64,000 nucleotides of DNA. Source: Paraspadella gotoi (Eukaryota > Animalia > Chaetognatha). Made by a program: the position numbers and the translations under genes. The notes under the pieces were generated by a model. It ran no database searches. It was not told where the DNA came from and worked only from the letters and a program-made list of their open reading frames with translations. Below, piece by piece: positions 12,509 to 25,208 of this stretch (the first letter of the stretch is position 1; every line of letters starts with the position of its first letter). The stretch spans positions 678,837 through 742,836 of the forward strand of contig JBJCIZ010000028.1 of assembly GCA_051294375.1 (NCBI GenBank), in the 5' to 3' direction.

Positions 12509-12939
12509 GAGACAATATTAATTACTCGCGGCTTTAGGCACCTTGAGGGCCTTTGAAAGCTACCTATTTCTCTAGAATATTTACAAATTTTAATTTAGAG
12601 AGAGAGAGAGAGATGGCACGCGCGAACGTGAAAACGGTGTGTGGGGGGGTGGAGTTGAAGTTAAAACTCGTCCAAGGTTTTCATTTGTATAATTTGTGAT
12701 CTCACGAGGTTTAAAACCGGTGTGGCCCTTTTTTTTTGGGGGGGGGCTCGGTTTTGAGATTGTGTCGGCACAGTTGTTTAAAAACCTCTTTTATTTCTAT
12801 TTTTTATAGGGGCACAGTGGCCGAAAACCGGGAAAAGATCATCAACAATCGAGGAGGAAAGTTGGTGGAGGAAAGATTGAAAAAGGAGATGGAGGAAGCG
12901 GAGAAAAAGCTGAGAGAGATCGAGTACGCATCGTCCTGA
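4942..12939 (+). CDS. TBL2: Transducin beta-like protein 2 (ER-anchored WD40 protein), 8 exons
   Basis: Exons about 4942-5251, 5425-5623, 5811-5923, 6419-6546, 11390-11543, 11648-11840, 12165-12347, 12810-12939 with GT-AG introns in consistent phase. N-terminal TM helix, then HPLL..LKG, SPNGKYLATSSDDRTVFLWSTK, RANVELDHATRVKFSPD, GRYVASCGFTPDVKVWE, RAFELKGHSAG, ASVSKDGTWKLW, VRVFHN. Confidence 0.93.
6115..6445 (+). repeat. About 56-bp tandem array spanning the TBL2 intron 3/exon 4 boundary
   Basis: Unit cctgaccccatgaccttcctctttgatAG|gcaagggcgagatcatcgccattgac; AGs end at 6139, 6194, 6251, 6306, 6362 and 6418. Confidence 0.92.
6681..11256. mobile_element. Non-autonomous long-TIR (foldback-like) DNA transposon in TBL2 intron 4
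   Basis: Left arm 6681-~7468 (gacacatttaaatccgattc..) is the reverse complement of 10645-11256 plus 8250-8420; flanked by TA on both sides; no transposase ORF. Confidence 0.85.
8525..10630 (+). mobile_element. Non-autonomous DIRS1-like element (ITRs plus internal complementary region)
   Basis: Left ITR 8525-8679; right ITR 10452-~10600 with an extension to 10630. 9445-9532 is the reverse complement of the right end joined to the left end, overlapping at AATT. No conventional TSD. Confidence 0.82.
12372..12612. repeat. About 119-bp tandem duplication bounded by (GA)n tracts
   Basis: gacaatattaattactcgcggctttaggcacc..ttaatttaga occurs twice, identically. Confidence 0.85.
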
Positions 12940-13371
12940 GAGAGAGAGAGAGAGAGACTTAAAGAATTTCTTCGTTGCCTTATTCCCCCCCCCGTTTCGT
13001 TATTAAAATGTTAAATGAAATAGTTAAATATAGATAGTTGTTGTTTTCCACCAATGATTCGGCCATAAACTCCCTCTTCGCTTAAAAATACCCCGATCAC
13101 CGCCCGGGTGACTCAGGCTATTATTGTTTATTAACTATCTAGTTCAATTCGCTCAAGAAAAAAAATATTTTTTCCAGATCATTACGAAATCGTTGATTTA
13201 ATTATTATTATAATTTGACTTTGAAAGTCAAATCAAAAATCCAACGATGACTATCGATGAACAAAAACGTTGAAAACGGTCGAGGTCGTTGAGCGGCGCT
13301 GCGTTCCTTCCTTTTTTTTTATCCGGCCACGCCTCCTTCCGCCCCGGGAGGGGGGGACAATTTATAGAAGG

Positions 13372-16300
13372 ATGGACGCCTACTCGGTCCTCTCCGCTCT
13401 CAGAAAGACCAACATGGGACGACTCACCTACAAACGCGACTTCGACATCGCGGATTTGGAGCGACTCTCCATCTCGGACGCGCCGCCGTCCAAAGGCGGC
13501 TTCGGCTTTTTCGACGACGCCTTCGAGTCGCCGCCGCCGCCGGAAGCGACGTCTCCGCCGACGCGGCTGCCGGATCTGTCCGGAATCGAGAAGGAAGCGG
13601 GATCGACGCCGCCGGAAAATCGGACGACGGAAAGAACTTCCCTTTCGAAATCGAAGGACATCAACTCGGAAACTTTCGTCGTTTCGTCGCCGACTTCTCC
13701 CAAAAGCCCTACCACGCTTCCTCCCGTCTCTCCCTCCTCCCCCACCTCTCCCACCTCCCCTTCCTCCCCCAAATCTCCTCCCGTCTTCTCCAAACGAGAG
13801 TCGGCCGCCCTTCGAGCCATCGACGACTACGAGACTCGAATGCTGGAAAAGTCGAGGCGAAGTCTTCGATCCTTGAGACACAAGGTTATTGGATTTTAAG
13901 GGGGGATCGGAGAAAAGGGGAGCGGGGAACTATTTGATGAGCGGTATGTTAAACGATTATAAAGGAGGGAGAGAGAGAGAGATAGATAAACGTCGGCGGA
14001 ATCAATTGACCATCACTCCACAAGCCAAAGAGGAAGAGAGAGAGAGAGAGATAAACGTCGGCGGAATCAATTGACCATCCTCCACAAGCCAAAGAAGAGA
14101 GAGAGATAAACACGTCGGCGGAATCAATTGACCAGTCCTCCACAAGCCAAAGAGAGAGAGAGAGAGGATAACGTCGGCGGAATCAATTGACCATCCCCCA
14201 CAAGCCAAGAGAGAGAGAAGATAACGTCGGCGAGATCAATTGACATCTCCATAAGCCAAAGAGAGAGAGAAAGAGAGAGAGAGATAAACGTTGGCGCGGA
14301 ATCAATTGACCATCCTCCACAAGCCAAAGAGAGAGAGAGATAAACGTCGGCGGAATCAATTGACCATGCCTCCACAAGCCAAAGAGAGAGAGAGAAAGAG
14401 AGATAAACGTCGGCGGAATCAATTGACCATCCTCCACAAGCCAAAGAGGAGAGAGAAGAGATAAACGTCGGCGGAAATCAATTGACCATCCTCCACAAGC
14501 CAAAGAGAGAGAGAGAGAGAATAACGTCAGCGGAATCAATTGACCATCCTCCACAAGCCAAAGAGAGATAGAGAGATAAACGTCAGCGGATCAATTGACG
14601 CATCCTCCACAAGCAAAGGAGAAGAGAGAGTAGAGAGATAAAGGTCTGGGGGGGGGTTCTGGCGTCACGCGGAATCAAATTGACCATGCTCCACCAAGGC
14701 CAAAGAGAGAGGAGAGATAGAGAGATAAACGTCGGCGGGAATCAATTGAACCGTCTCCACAAGCCAGTCATCCTCGATCGTCATCCACAAGTATCTTCCG
14801 TCCGCAGGTTGAGGAGGCGACGTCGAGATGTAGCGCCGAAGCGGAAGCGTCTTACGTCAAGAAAAAACGAGAACTGGACGAGAAGATGACGCGAGAATAC
14901 AACGAATTGCAGAACAAGAGCTACGCCAGGTTTTAATTTTGGTTTGGAATTTACCTATTAATTATTAATTTGTATTGTTTGTATTTATTGTTAATAATCT
15001 GAAACTGTTTTCAAATATCAGCATGCAAGAGACCCGCCGCACGATCCAAGACAAGCTCGCCACCGACGCCAAGCACAAGAACGCCGTCCAAGCCCGCCTC
15101 CGCCAAGTCGAGCGCCGACGCCTCGAGATGGAAGAGAAATGGGCGGAGGAACGCCGCGGCGTCGTCGGCGCCGCCGCGGAGCTGGAGACGCGATTCGCCG
15201 CTTTCGAGTCCGACTTCAACGTCGCCTTGGACGGCTGTCGTTTCCCCGAACTTCTCAAGCGCCGCGTCGGCGGGCGGCTCGAGGAATTCCGCGCCCTCGC
15301 CCGGGGACTCCGTCACGCCTTCGACGCGCAGCTGGCGGAAGTATCCGCCGCCGCCGACGCGGCCGAGTCGCGGGCGCTGCCGCCCGCCGCTTTCGTCGGG
15401 TTGGCCAGGTGTCGAGAAATGACGGAGACGATGGGGAAAGTGATGGCGTTGGTGGCGGCGGAGGTGGAGGCGGTGGAGGTGGAGGGAGAAAGGGAGGAGA
15501 GGGAGAAGAGAGAGAGGGAGGAGAAGAAGGCGAAGGAGGAAGATGAGAAGAAGAGGAGGGAGGAAGAGGAGAAGGAGAGGAGAAAAAAGGAGGAAGAGAA
15601 GAAGAAGGCGGAGAGCGTCGCGGCGGCTGCGGCGGCGGCAGCATCGGTTTTAGCCGTTCCCGGGGCAGCTGCGCCGGCGCCAACGGAATCCTCACGCGGT
15701 GCTCTCATGTACGACTTTAGCCGAAAGACTCTGGCCGAGTTCGAGTCGCTCTACGCGAATTTTGCGGCCGACATTCGCGGGCCGATCAAACTAGCAGGCT
15801 GAACCCGAAGAAGCTCAAGTTCGACCTGCAGCACAGATCGTGCAACATGGACGTGCGTCAACAGTTCACGTTTGGCGCAACGATCCGACGGAGCAGTACG
15901 CATGCCGAGTGGTTCAAATCCACGGAGGAGGCTGGGGATGAAAGCGAGGCATTAAGTTTGGGCGTCAGGTCGGTTGCAGACACGTACGGAGTACGGGATG
16001 GAATTCGGCTGCGCGGTGATAAAGGGAAATCCGGACGGAAGAGAGCGGGACCCCGGGCGATGATTTCTCCGTCTGGTGTCACTTGTAACGTTGTCGCGTG
16101 CGGGTGTTGATCTTGTAACTGTGCTGATTCGGCTGAAGGGCGAGTCGCGTCGGCCGGCGGAAGAGGGAAGCCGCTTATCGTCGCAAATGCCAATAATCGA
16201 CACTTTTTTTAATTATATTTTTTTTTTGGGCTACACAGTATCAATTTCTGGTAAAAAGAAAAAGGCAGATTGAGAGTAAAAAAAACCCCTTCAATGAAGA

Positions 16301-19300
16301 CGGATACGAAAGCAGATCGTTCAACTGGCCATCAAAAAAATTGAATAAGGCGTCATAAGATAAACATTTATTTGTTTGTTTGTTTGTTTTTTCGAAAAAA
16401 TTCGAAAAATTCCATTGGGTTTTTGGGCGAAGCGACGGGAGTTGAGTTCACTTTTTTTTTTCCACACAGACTTTTTTCAATTTCCATCGTCAATATTTCC
16501 TCGACGTTATTTTTATTATTCAAAGTTTTTTTGGGTTTTTTTAATTAATGAATAAATTGAATATTGACAAGACCAGTTTGGTCCCATTTTATCGGACCGA
16601 CGATGACAAAACCCGACCGTTACAAATTCCGATTAAAAACCTCCCCCACTTTCCCCTTCCGCCTTAATTCTTTCGGTCGACCTGGAATGAGCGAGCGTAG
16701 CGATGCTGACTGAGAGTAGAGGAACCGTCGATTCCGCTTCCTCGCACTCTCGTCGCTTTTCCGGCTTCCTCCGGTGGTTGTTGTTCTTTGCTGTGATAGG
16801 TGAGGTTCCGCTGCGTCAAGAAGGCGCGGGCGCAGCCGGGACGGAGCAACGAAGGCGGAGCGGCTTGCCTGTGCTGCGATGGTTCCGGTCAAGTGACGGT
16901 GTAGGCGGACGTTGTTGAAGTATTTCCTTCGACAAAGGCGAGGTAGATTCCGTTCGCCATGGGCGAGGTGGTCCTTTTGTAAGTGTTCCTTCGGGGAAGT
17001 GAGGGGTGGGGGAAGGAGAGGAGGCGTTCGATTTATTTTGTCCAAACGAGGAGAAACAATATGGGTGTATCTTTTTTTGTTAAATCATGACCTTTTAATC
17101 GTTAACTAATAAAACTGAATTAATTATTAAGATAGGTAAGCAATGGAAAAACTAATATAACTAGATACGTTTTCAGCGCCGCATAAAACGAGACGAGCAA
17201 TTTATCACNNNNNNNNNNNNNNNNNNNNNNNNNACGAGAGGTTGGGGATGGGAAGTTTGGCTGGGATATTGACAGTGATTATTAAAGACATTGCACATTG
17301 CAGACATTAAAGACAATTAAAGAATTTTTACCTGAAGCATGGTCAATTGGTTATTTTATTATATAGCAGTCTCCTCGGAGGCNNNNNNNNNNTAAAAACA
17401 ATTAAAGAATTTTTACCTGAAGCATGGTCAATCGGTTATTTTATTATATAGCAGTCTCCTCGGAGGCGTGGGTTCGAATCCCACCGCTGCCACCACATTT
17501 AAGTAACAAGACAGGGATTTCAACATGAAACCAAAGTGGATATTTAATTCGAATATGTGAAAGCGCAAGACGGTGTCAGAATTTGAGACAGATTGATTCA
17601 GTACAAAATGGTCAAGTATTTATAGCATACAATCGGATCATCGACACGGGCTCGTTTTCCCGATGGCGAGTTATTGGTAAATTTTATCCGAGTCGGGGAT
17701 CCGATTCCATTCTTGGTTCTAATTCCTTCTGAAATGATAGGATGCAAAAAAAAATTCATGGTTCAAGTGCCTATTCACTTTCCCCGCAAATCAAACCTAT
17801 TTTTGGGTCTAGTCGCTGAAGGTGCTAAAAAAAAAAAATATTGGCTGTATGTCTTTGCTGCAGTTAGTTGAATGTTTTACTTCTCCATGTTCAAAATCTG
17901 CAATATGCAAATGAGATTTAAATCCGACCACCGCCCGCAGATGCCACTGTCCCTCGATCCAAACGGTGACTCGTCTTCGCAAACTGGTCGACCTCCACGA
18001 AGGTCGACGCGTCGACGCCGGAGCCGGAGGCGCCGTCGTCTCCGTCGCGGATCATCCCGAGGCCAAGGCCTTCGTCACGGATCTCACGGCGAAGAAGATC
18101 GTCTTGCAGGTAAATAAATACTATCTAAAAGTTAAATTAATTAATATTTTAAACGATTTGTTTAAAAATAATTTGTCTAGAGTAGCGAAGTCGTCGCCTC
18201 CAACAAGGAGCACGCGTTTCCTGTCGCTGCTGTGGCGGTGGCGCTCTGGACCCGCAGCGACGCCTTCGGTCGGCTGCTGCTGGCGCGGTTCCACGATGCC
18301 TGCGTATTCACGGTGCCGCATTACCCGGCGCGACGGGAGGGACAATCCGAGACAGAGTAAGGAGCTTCATGTTTTAGTTTAAATGGTTATGCATGTTTAG
18401 ATAATGATATATATTGACCAATGACCATTGGTTATTGGTCGCAAGAGAAGCCAGTTAATGATTCTCTCTTTCTCTCTCTCACTCTTACTCCCTCTCTCTT
18501 ACTCTCTAATCTTCTGCCAATAAATATTGACAATGAATTACCTTCTACCACCTTCCCTTTCCCCCTTCTACTCGCCCCCACCACCACCCAGCCACCTCAA
18601 ATCCCTCGGCTACAAAGTCATCGACGATCGATTCGAGAAACAAGACGATTTCCTCTCTCGGATGTCGGGCGTCGTCCGCCTCTTCGCCACCGTCTGCCTG
18701 ACCCAACCCCCGCCCCGACGGTGCTTACTTTCGCCGACACGCGGGCAGCGCGGGGCCTCGTCTCTTCGGTCGGCCGGAGGCGGTCCGTGTTCCGGCGCTA
18801 TCGCTAGGAGCGGCGCCAGATTACGTCTTGCCCCGCCGCGCTGTATGCACCCTTTCGGTCTGCCCGCGGCGTGGAATTGGCTCATCGCGCATTTGAGGAT
18901 AGAACCAGTTTCCGACATCACCGGTGAGGGGGAGAGAGAGAGACATAGAGACAGAGAGAGAAAGANNNNNNNNNNNNNNNNNNNNNNNNNTCGGAGGTAG
19001 GGGCGCGTTGCGCGACAGACGAGGAATTCGTAGAGGAGGGTGGCTAAAGATGGGGGGGGGGGTTGGGGGGGAGGTGGAAGTTGGAGAGTGATGGGTTTGG
19101 AGTTGTTGAAGGAGAACAATGTTTTTTTTTTTTTTTAGTTAATATTAATAAAATATTGAGCTCGCTTCCACGCTTGTCCTTTTGTCTCTGTCTCTTGTCT
19201 CTCTCTCTCTCCCTCCACGGTAGATGTCGGAAACTGGTTCTATCCTCAAATGCGCGATGAGCCAATCCAGCGCCGGGGCAGACCGAAAGGGATGCTCAGC

Positions 19301-20478
19301 GCGCGCGGGGCAGCCGAATCTGGCGCCGCTCCGCGTAGCGCCGGAACGACGACCGCCTCCGCCGCCTGCGGCCGCGCTGCCCGGTGTCGGCGAAGTAGCC
19401 CGTCGGCGGGGGTTGGGTCAGGCAGACGGTGGCGAAGAGGCGGACGACGCCCGACATCGAGAGAGGAAATCGTCTTGTTTCTCGAATCGATCGTCGATGA
19501 CTTGTAGCCGAGGGATTGGAGGTGGCCTGGTGGTGGTGGGGCGAGTGTGAGGGGGGAAAGGGAAGGTGGTAGAGAGGTAATTCATTGTCATATTTATTGG
19601 CAGAAGATTAGAGAGTAAGTAGAGAGGGATAAGAGTGAGAGAGAGAAAGAGAGAGTCATTAACTGGCTTCTCTTCACCCGCACCATAACCAAGGTCATTG
19701 GTCAATATATAATCATTATCTAAACGATGCATAACCCATTTAAACTAAAACATGAAGCTCCTTACTCTTGTCTCGGATTGTCCCTCCTCCGTCTCGCGCG
19801 CGGGTAATGCGGCACCGTGAAATACGCAAGGCACCGTGGAACCGCGCCAGCAGCAGCCGACCGAAGGCGTCGCTGCTGGGTCCAGAGCGCCACCGCCACA
19901 GCAGCGACAGGAAACGCTCGTGCCTCTTGTTGAGGCGACGACTTCGCTACTCTAGACAAATTATTTTTAAACAAATCGTTAAAATATTAATTAAATTTAA
20001 CTTTTAGATAGTATTTATTTTACCTGCAAGACGATCTTTCTTTCGCCGTGAGATCCGTGACGAAGGCCTTGGCCTCGGGATGATCCGCGACGGAGACGAC
20101 GGCGTCCTCCGGCTCCGGCGTCAGACGCGTCGACCTTCGTGGAGAGTCGACCAGTTTGCGAAAGTACAGTCACACGATTTATTGGATCGAGGGTACAGTG
20201 GGCATCTTATCTGCGGGCGGTGGTCGGATTTTATATCTTGTTCAAATTTGCAAGCATATTGAGAAAAAAAACGCGTCTACACGAAACAATTCACCAAAGT
20301 CATCGTCGTCCTCATCAAGTCCTACTTGCCCCGGATCGAGGCCGTGACCCTCGAGGGCCGCGCCGGACCCGTCACCCGGCTCAAGGAGTTCCTCCAGACG
20401 TCCGTCCTGCGCGGCGGCGTCGATCCGCCCGAGGGACAGCTGCCCGATCGATTCTGGAGCCCGGCGATGCAGAGATGA
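13372..20478 (+). CDS. GLE1: mRNA export factor GLE1 (locus scrambled in this assembly)
   Basis: Exons about 13372-13884 (LSALRKTNMGRLTY), 14808-14929, 15022-~15845 (coiled coil, KKLKFDLQ), 17941-18109, 18181-18356 (HAFPVAAVAVALW..FTVPHYP), 18592-18923 (LGYKV..EKQDDFLSRMSGVVRLF..HPFGL..AWNWL..EPVSDIT). Last exon is split: ATLLYEFL inverted at 18991-19044 and QFTK..YLPRIEAVT..RLKEFL..FWS at about 20272-20478. Confidence 0.9.
13975..14770. repeat. About 58-bp minisatellite filling GLE1 intron 1
   Basis: About 13 copies of gataaacgtcggcggaatcaattgaccatcctccacaagccaaa(ga)n. Confidence 0.92.
16035..17208 (-). other. Error-rich inverted copy of about 22715-23835 (zinc-finger exon 3 and COX8 5' part); probable assembly artefact
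   Basis: Reverse-complement match with indel load rising towards the left end; abuts a 25-N gap; interrupts GLE1. Confidence 0.8.
17451..17495 (+). pseudogene. 3' half of a tRNA-Leu ending in CCA
   Basis: gcagtctcctcggaggcgtgggttcgaatcccaccgctgcca-cca contains the variable arm, T-loop GTTCGAATC and 3' acceptor strand of tRNA-Leu; no 5' half upstream. A partial duplicate lies at 17367-17382. Confidence 0.75.
18991..20262 (-). other. Inverted duplicate of GLE1 3' exons (mirror of about 17885-18965); probable assembly artefact
   Basis: Reverse-complement match around the 25-N gap at 18966-18990, differing mainly by indels. Confidence 0.8.
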
Positions 20479-21186
20479 AAATTGGGATGGGGAAAAACCA
20501 CGTTGATATTTTTTTTGGGGGGAAGATTCGATTAATTTCACGTCTTAACTATTTGAGAGTTTTATGAATATTTTTACGATAATTGTTGTTTAGTAAAATT
20601 CGAGAGAAAATGATTGATGAAACGTGTTGTAAAAAAAAAAAATCCGTGGGTCATTTTTTTTAAAAACTCACTTTTTTACGATTGTTGACTTTCTCAATAA
20701 AGCACCACTGTTAGTAACAGGGAATTTCCTTTTTACCTTTCCCTCTCGCGTGCTTATTTAAATCTCTGACTTTTGTTTTCCCTTCGATCGATGGACGCGT
20801 CCACTCGATCGGGGAAGAAATAACAGAGGGCGCGGCGGTTCCGAGTAAACAATACAGACCTTTTCACGCGTCCCATAAAAAAAACCCAGATTTTATTCGA
20901 TTGTGATAAAGAATCGATCAGCGTTTAAATATATGTTGAAAACGATGAATACAATCTCCTGTTAATTTGTTGAACTTTTTCGATCTCTCCTCTTTTCTAG
21001 CAAGAGAAAATATACGAGTGAGAAGCAACATTATTTTTTTTTCTAATATTATCCAAATTTCGCGATGAAGCAAAACGATTCTTGTTTTGAGTGGAAAATT
21101 TAAAAAAAAAACGAAACAAAAATGATTTAAAATGAAATAAAATCACTTCTTCCGCCGAAAGTCGAGGGACATAATCCAAAAAAACC

Positions 21187-24100
21187 ATGAAAAAAGAAAG
21201 TCCTTTCGCCCTGGAGCTGGAGGACATCTTCCTCCAAGTACAGCAACTCCTTCATCGAGGATCGAGGAGCGACTGGACGTCGATCAAGGACGAGACGCGA
21301 CAACGTGTCGTCATCCTCCGCCGATCGGATGAAGAGGATGAGCGTCTTTGTGAAGAAGACGTTAAACTCTGTGGGGTAAAACAGGAAGGGGACGTAGACT
21401 TGTCGCCTTGTCGGTCTCTCTTGTCGGCAGCTCGCCCCGTCGTCGTCTTGAATCGAGTTTTCGTTGAGCCGAGGATGAAATTGGAACCGAAGGAAGAGAC
21501 GAGCGGATCGAGGAAAGGTAATGTTCACGACGACGATCTCGAAGAGGGCTACGGCGACGACGATAACGACGAAAAAGACGACGAAAACGACACCGGCGCT
21601 GATAGCGATTTCGTTTGCGAAGAGCAAGAATACTACAACGACGACGACGACGCTCCTCTTTCCAAATCCAAACCCGCCAAAAACCGCAACCGTCGTCCCG
21701 CCAAACTCTCCAGCCTCCGAAAACGGGGTCGCCCTCCAATCCTCCGCCCCCACAACCTTTCGCCGGCCGAGATCGCGGCCAAGATGCGGGAGATCTCCCT
21801 CGATCCCTCGACGGGCTCCTGGAGATGCCCCCACGAGGGCTGCGGATCTCTCTCGGCGTCGCGAAAGGCCGCCCTGAGCCATTTTAAGGCGTTCCACTGC
21901 GGACGGTTTCACAGGTGTCGTTATTGTCCGCGCGCGATGGTCAGCAAGGCAATGGTCCTTCAACACGAGGACTTTGCGCATCCAGAGTCCGTTCCGGTGG
22001 ACGCCCCGTTTTTTTGCGAACACTGCGGACAAAGGTGCGTCGTTGAATTTGTTAGCGGGGATGGAGACGGGAATGATGTGTATTTTTAGTTATAAAGTTA
22101 AATTTAAATTGATTTTATCCAAAACTTGATCGTAATCACCAAACATTCGAATCTTTTTATATAATTCGAATTTTGAGATGGTCATAAACCTGTTGTTGGG
22201 ACGACGACACTCATTAATAAAATTTTTATAATTCACCAAGTCACAATTCGTTTCTCCTTCCCAGGTTCCGAAGCAACTTTAACCTCTCGACTCACAAGCG
22301 AAAAGTTCACAGCCTCGGCTCACCGTCGTCGTCGTCTTTTCCCGGACTCTTGTGCAAGGAATGTCCCTTCGCCGCCCGGTCGGCGCCAAACGCGGAGGGC
22401 CTCTCGATGAAGAAGCTTCTCCATCGCCACTACGAGGAGTGCCATCCGGACGCCATGGTCGCCTGCTTGGCGGAGGGCTGTTCGAAAAGATTCCATGTCG
22501 CCCGGCTCATGCAGGTTGGGGGGAGGAATATACATTCACCGAGCTCGATCGCATACATTTGCTGAACATTGAGCGTTAATATTTAAATCTCATTTGCATA
22601 TAGTAGTCATATTTAAGTTTAGAAGACTAATGTAACGAATCTTCTAATTCGGAATGACTAATTGAATATAAAATTAATCCATAGCTTATATTAATATTTT
22701 CTTTTATCGTTTGCTGTGATAATTTGGCTCGTCTCGTTTTATTGCGGGTCTGAAACGCATCGAGTTGTATTAGTTTTTCAATTGCTTTCCTATCTTTAAT
22801 AATGTAATTTAGTTTATTAGTTAACGATTAAAAGGTATGATTTAAAAAAAAAAGATACACCCATATGTTCTCCTTTTGAAAATAAATCGAACGCTCCTCT
22901 CCTTCCCCCCCCCTCACTTCCCCGAAGGAACACTACAAAAAGGACCACCTCGGCGAACGCATCTCCTGCGCCTTTTGCTCAAAGGAATACGTCAACCGTC
23001 CCGCCTACACCGTCCACTTGGACCGGGACCACTCGCAGCAGCAGGGCAAGCCGCTCCGCTTCGTCTGCTCCATACCCGGCTGCGCCCGCGCCTTCTCGAC
23101 GCAGCGGAACCTCACCTATCACAAGAACAACAACCACCGGAAGCCGGAGAAGCGACGGGAGTGCGAGGAATGCGGGAAGTCGGTTCTCTCTCTCAGTCAG
23201 CACCGCTACGTCGCTCATTCCAGGTGAGAGAAGAATTAAGGGGAGAGGGGGGGTAAGTGGGTGAGGTTTTTTCAATCGGATTTGCTAACGTCGGTTTGTC
23301 ATCGTCGTTCGATAAATGGGACGAAACTGGATCTTGTCAATATTCAATTTATTCATTATTAAAAAAAAAAAAAAACTTGATTAATAAAAATAACGGCGTG
23401 GAAATATTGACGATGGAAATTGAAAAAAGTCTGTGTGGAAAAAAAAAAGTGACTCACTGCGTCGCTTCGCCAAAACCCATGGAATTTTTCGAATTTTTTC
23501 GAAAAACAAACAAACAAAACAAATAAATGTTTATCTTATTTGACGCCTTATTCAATTTTTTGATGGCCACTTGTTAACGATCTGTCTTTCGATATCCTTT
23601 CTTCATTGGGGTTTTTTTACTCTCAATCTGCCTTTTCTTTTTACCTAGAAATTCATTGTAGCCCCCCCAAAAAATATATTAAAAATGTCGGTTGGATTTG
23701 CGACGAAAGCGGCTTCCCTCTTCCGCCCGGCGACGCGACTCGCCCTTCAGCCGATCAGGCGTTACCAGATCAACACCCCGCCGCGTTACAAGTTGAACCA
23801 GACGGAGAAGATCATCGGCGGGGTCGCTCTCTTCGTCGGCATGTTCTTTCCCGCCGGATACATCATGACCCATCTGGATTGTTACCGAGGCGGAGAGGTG
23901 GAGGAATGAGGGACGGCGGAGGGAGAGAGAGGGAGAGACTCCTTAAATATTTATAAAACTGAAGAGGAGGTTTTTGAGTGGATTTTGTCGCGCATTATCG
24001 TCCGATTGGAGAGAGGAGAGAGAGAGAGAGAAAAAGACGATGGATCGTTTCAAAGGTGCGATTTTCTTTATTAAGTTTGAATATTTTGATAAATTTTTAC

Positions 24101-25146
24101 AGATATTTTTTTTTCTTTCTCTTTGTCCAGCATCTACGATTTTCCGGTGAACTGGGGGAAAAACCTTCTTCGAAGAAAAATTCGTTTGTTTTTGTGTCAT
24201 TTTTGGACTAAAAATTTCACGATTTGTTTTCGCTCGAATTTTGGATAGAAAAAAAAACTTGTTTTCGTGCTAATTGACGGTATTCTATTTTAATGAGATG
24301 CATCGTCTTTCTCTCTCTCTTTACAGATTAAAAAATATATTAAGACACGAACGTAACCAGAGCAAAAACATTTTTTTTAAATTGTTTGCTCGTGTGAATC
24401 ATTAAATTAACCATGGATCACAAAAAGCATATTACCGTCTCATCAGAATAATTAAATGTGTGATTAAGATATTATGATGATTAAATTATTAAGAAATAAT
24501 TAAACCAAAAAACAAACATATTCATTTGCCACGGTAAAAAAAAAAAAGATTGGACTTTAAAGGCAATAAAGTTATCAATACTTGATCAAAATACGACAAA
24601 TGATATTGATTATTGATGAACCGAATAATAATAATAATACTAAAAAACCCATTAGTTGCATCCGTTACACTCTCGCCATTAACTCATCTTTCCAGACAAG
24701 CTCCGGTCTCCTGCTCCCATTGCGACTCCGTCTACACCAACGACGTCTCCCTCCGGCGTCACGTGATCCGTCGACATCCGGAAACTCTCGGCCTCCCGCC
24801 GGAAACCCGCGTCCCTTGCGATCGATGCGGAAAAATCCTGGGCTCCAAAAACACTCTCGCCCGTCACGTGGCCAACGTCCACGGAGGCCGTCGTTTCAAG
24901 TGCGATTCTTGCGAGAAACAGTACGTGTCGCAGGCCGATCTCAAGTCGCACGTCCTCGCCGCGCACGAAGGGATCAAGGTGCACTGTCGCGTGTGCACGT
25001 GGTCGTTTGCGCGCGCGTCGGATCGGAATCGTCACGAGAAGAAGGCGCACGGAGGCGTAGCTGGGGTGGGGGGGCGGGGGGAAGGCGGGAATGAGAAAGG
25101 GGGTTTGAGAGAAGGGGTAGTTGGAGGGAGGGGAGGGGGATGGTAA
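21187..25146 (+). CDS. Multi-C2H2 zinc-finger protein, 4 exons
   Basis: Exons 21187-22034, 22265-22514, 22928-23223, 24696-25146 join in phase. Acidic region, then about 12 fingers (CPHEGC..HFKAFH, CRYC..HEDFAH, CEHC..HKRKVH, CSIPGC..HKNNNH, CDRC..HVANVH, CRVC..HEKKAH). Confidence 0.88.
23685..23909 (+). CDS. COX8: Cytochrome c oxidase subunit 8, intronless CDS nested in the zinc-finger gene intron
   Basis: 74 aa with an Arg-rich mitochondrial presequence, a PP motif, one TM helix and PAGYIMTHLDCYR (compare vertebrate COX8A PAGWILSHLETYR). Confidence 0.85.
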   Translation: MSVGFATKAASLFRPATRLALQPIRRYQINTPPRYKLNQTEKIIGGVALFVGMFFPAGYIMTHLDCYRGGEVEE

Positions 25147-25208
25147 AGGGGATGAGGCGAGAAGGGGGGATAGGTGACCCCTTTACCCAAATCTACTCTG
25201 GATAGACA

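Noticed and set aside
13975-14770. CRISPR-like repeat-spacer pattern
   Set aside because: The spacers are only variable (GA)n runs, the context is a eukaryotic intron, and there are no cas genes.
16035-17208. Second COX8/zinc-finger paralogue on the minus strand
   Set aside because: It mirrors exon and intron alike with read-like indel noise, ends at a gap and interrupts GLE1.
21127-22032. Long antisense or alternative-frame ORFs over GC-rich exons (also 13228..13881, 15255..15695, 4864..5226)
   Set aside because: Shadow ORFs caused by GC-rich codon usage of the real + strand genes.
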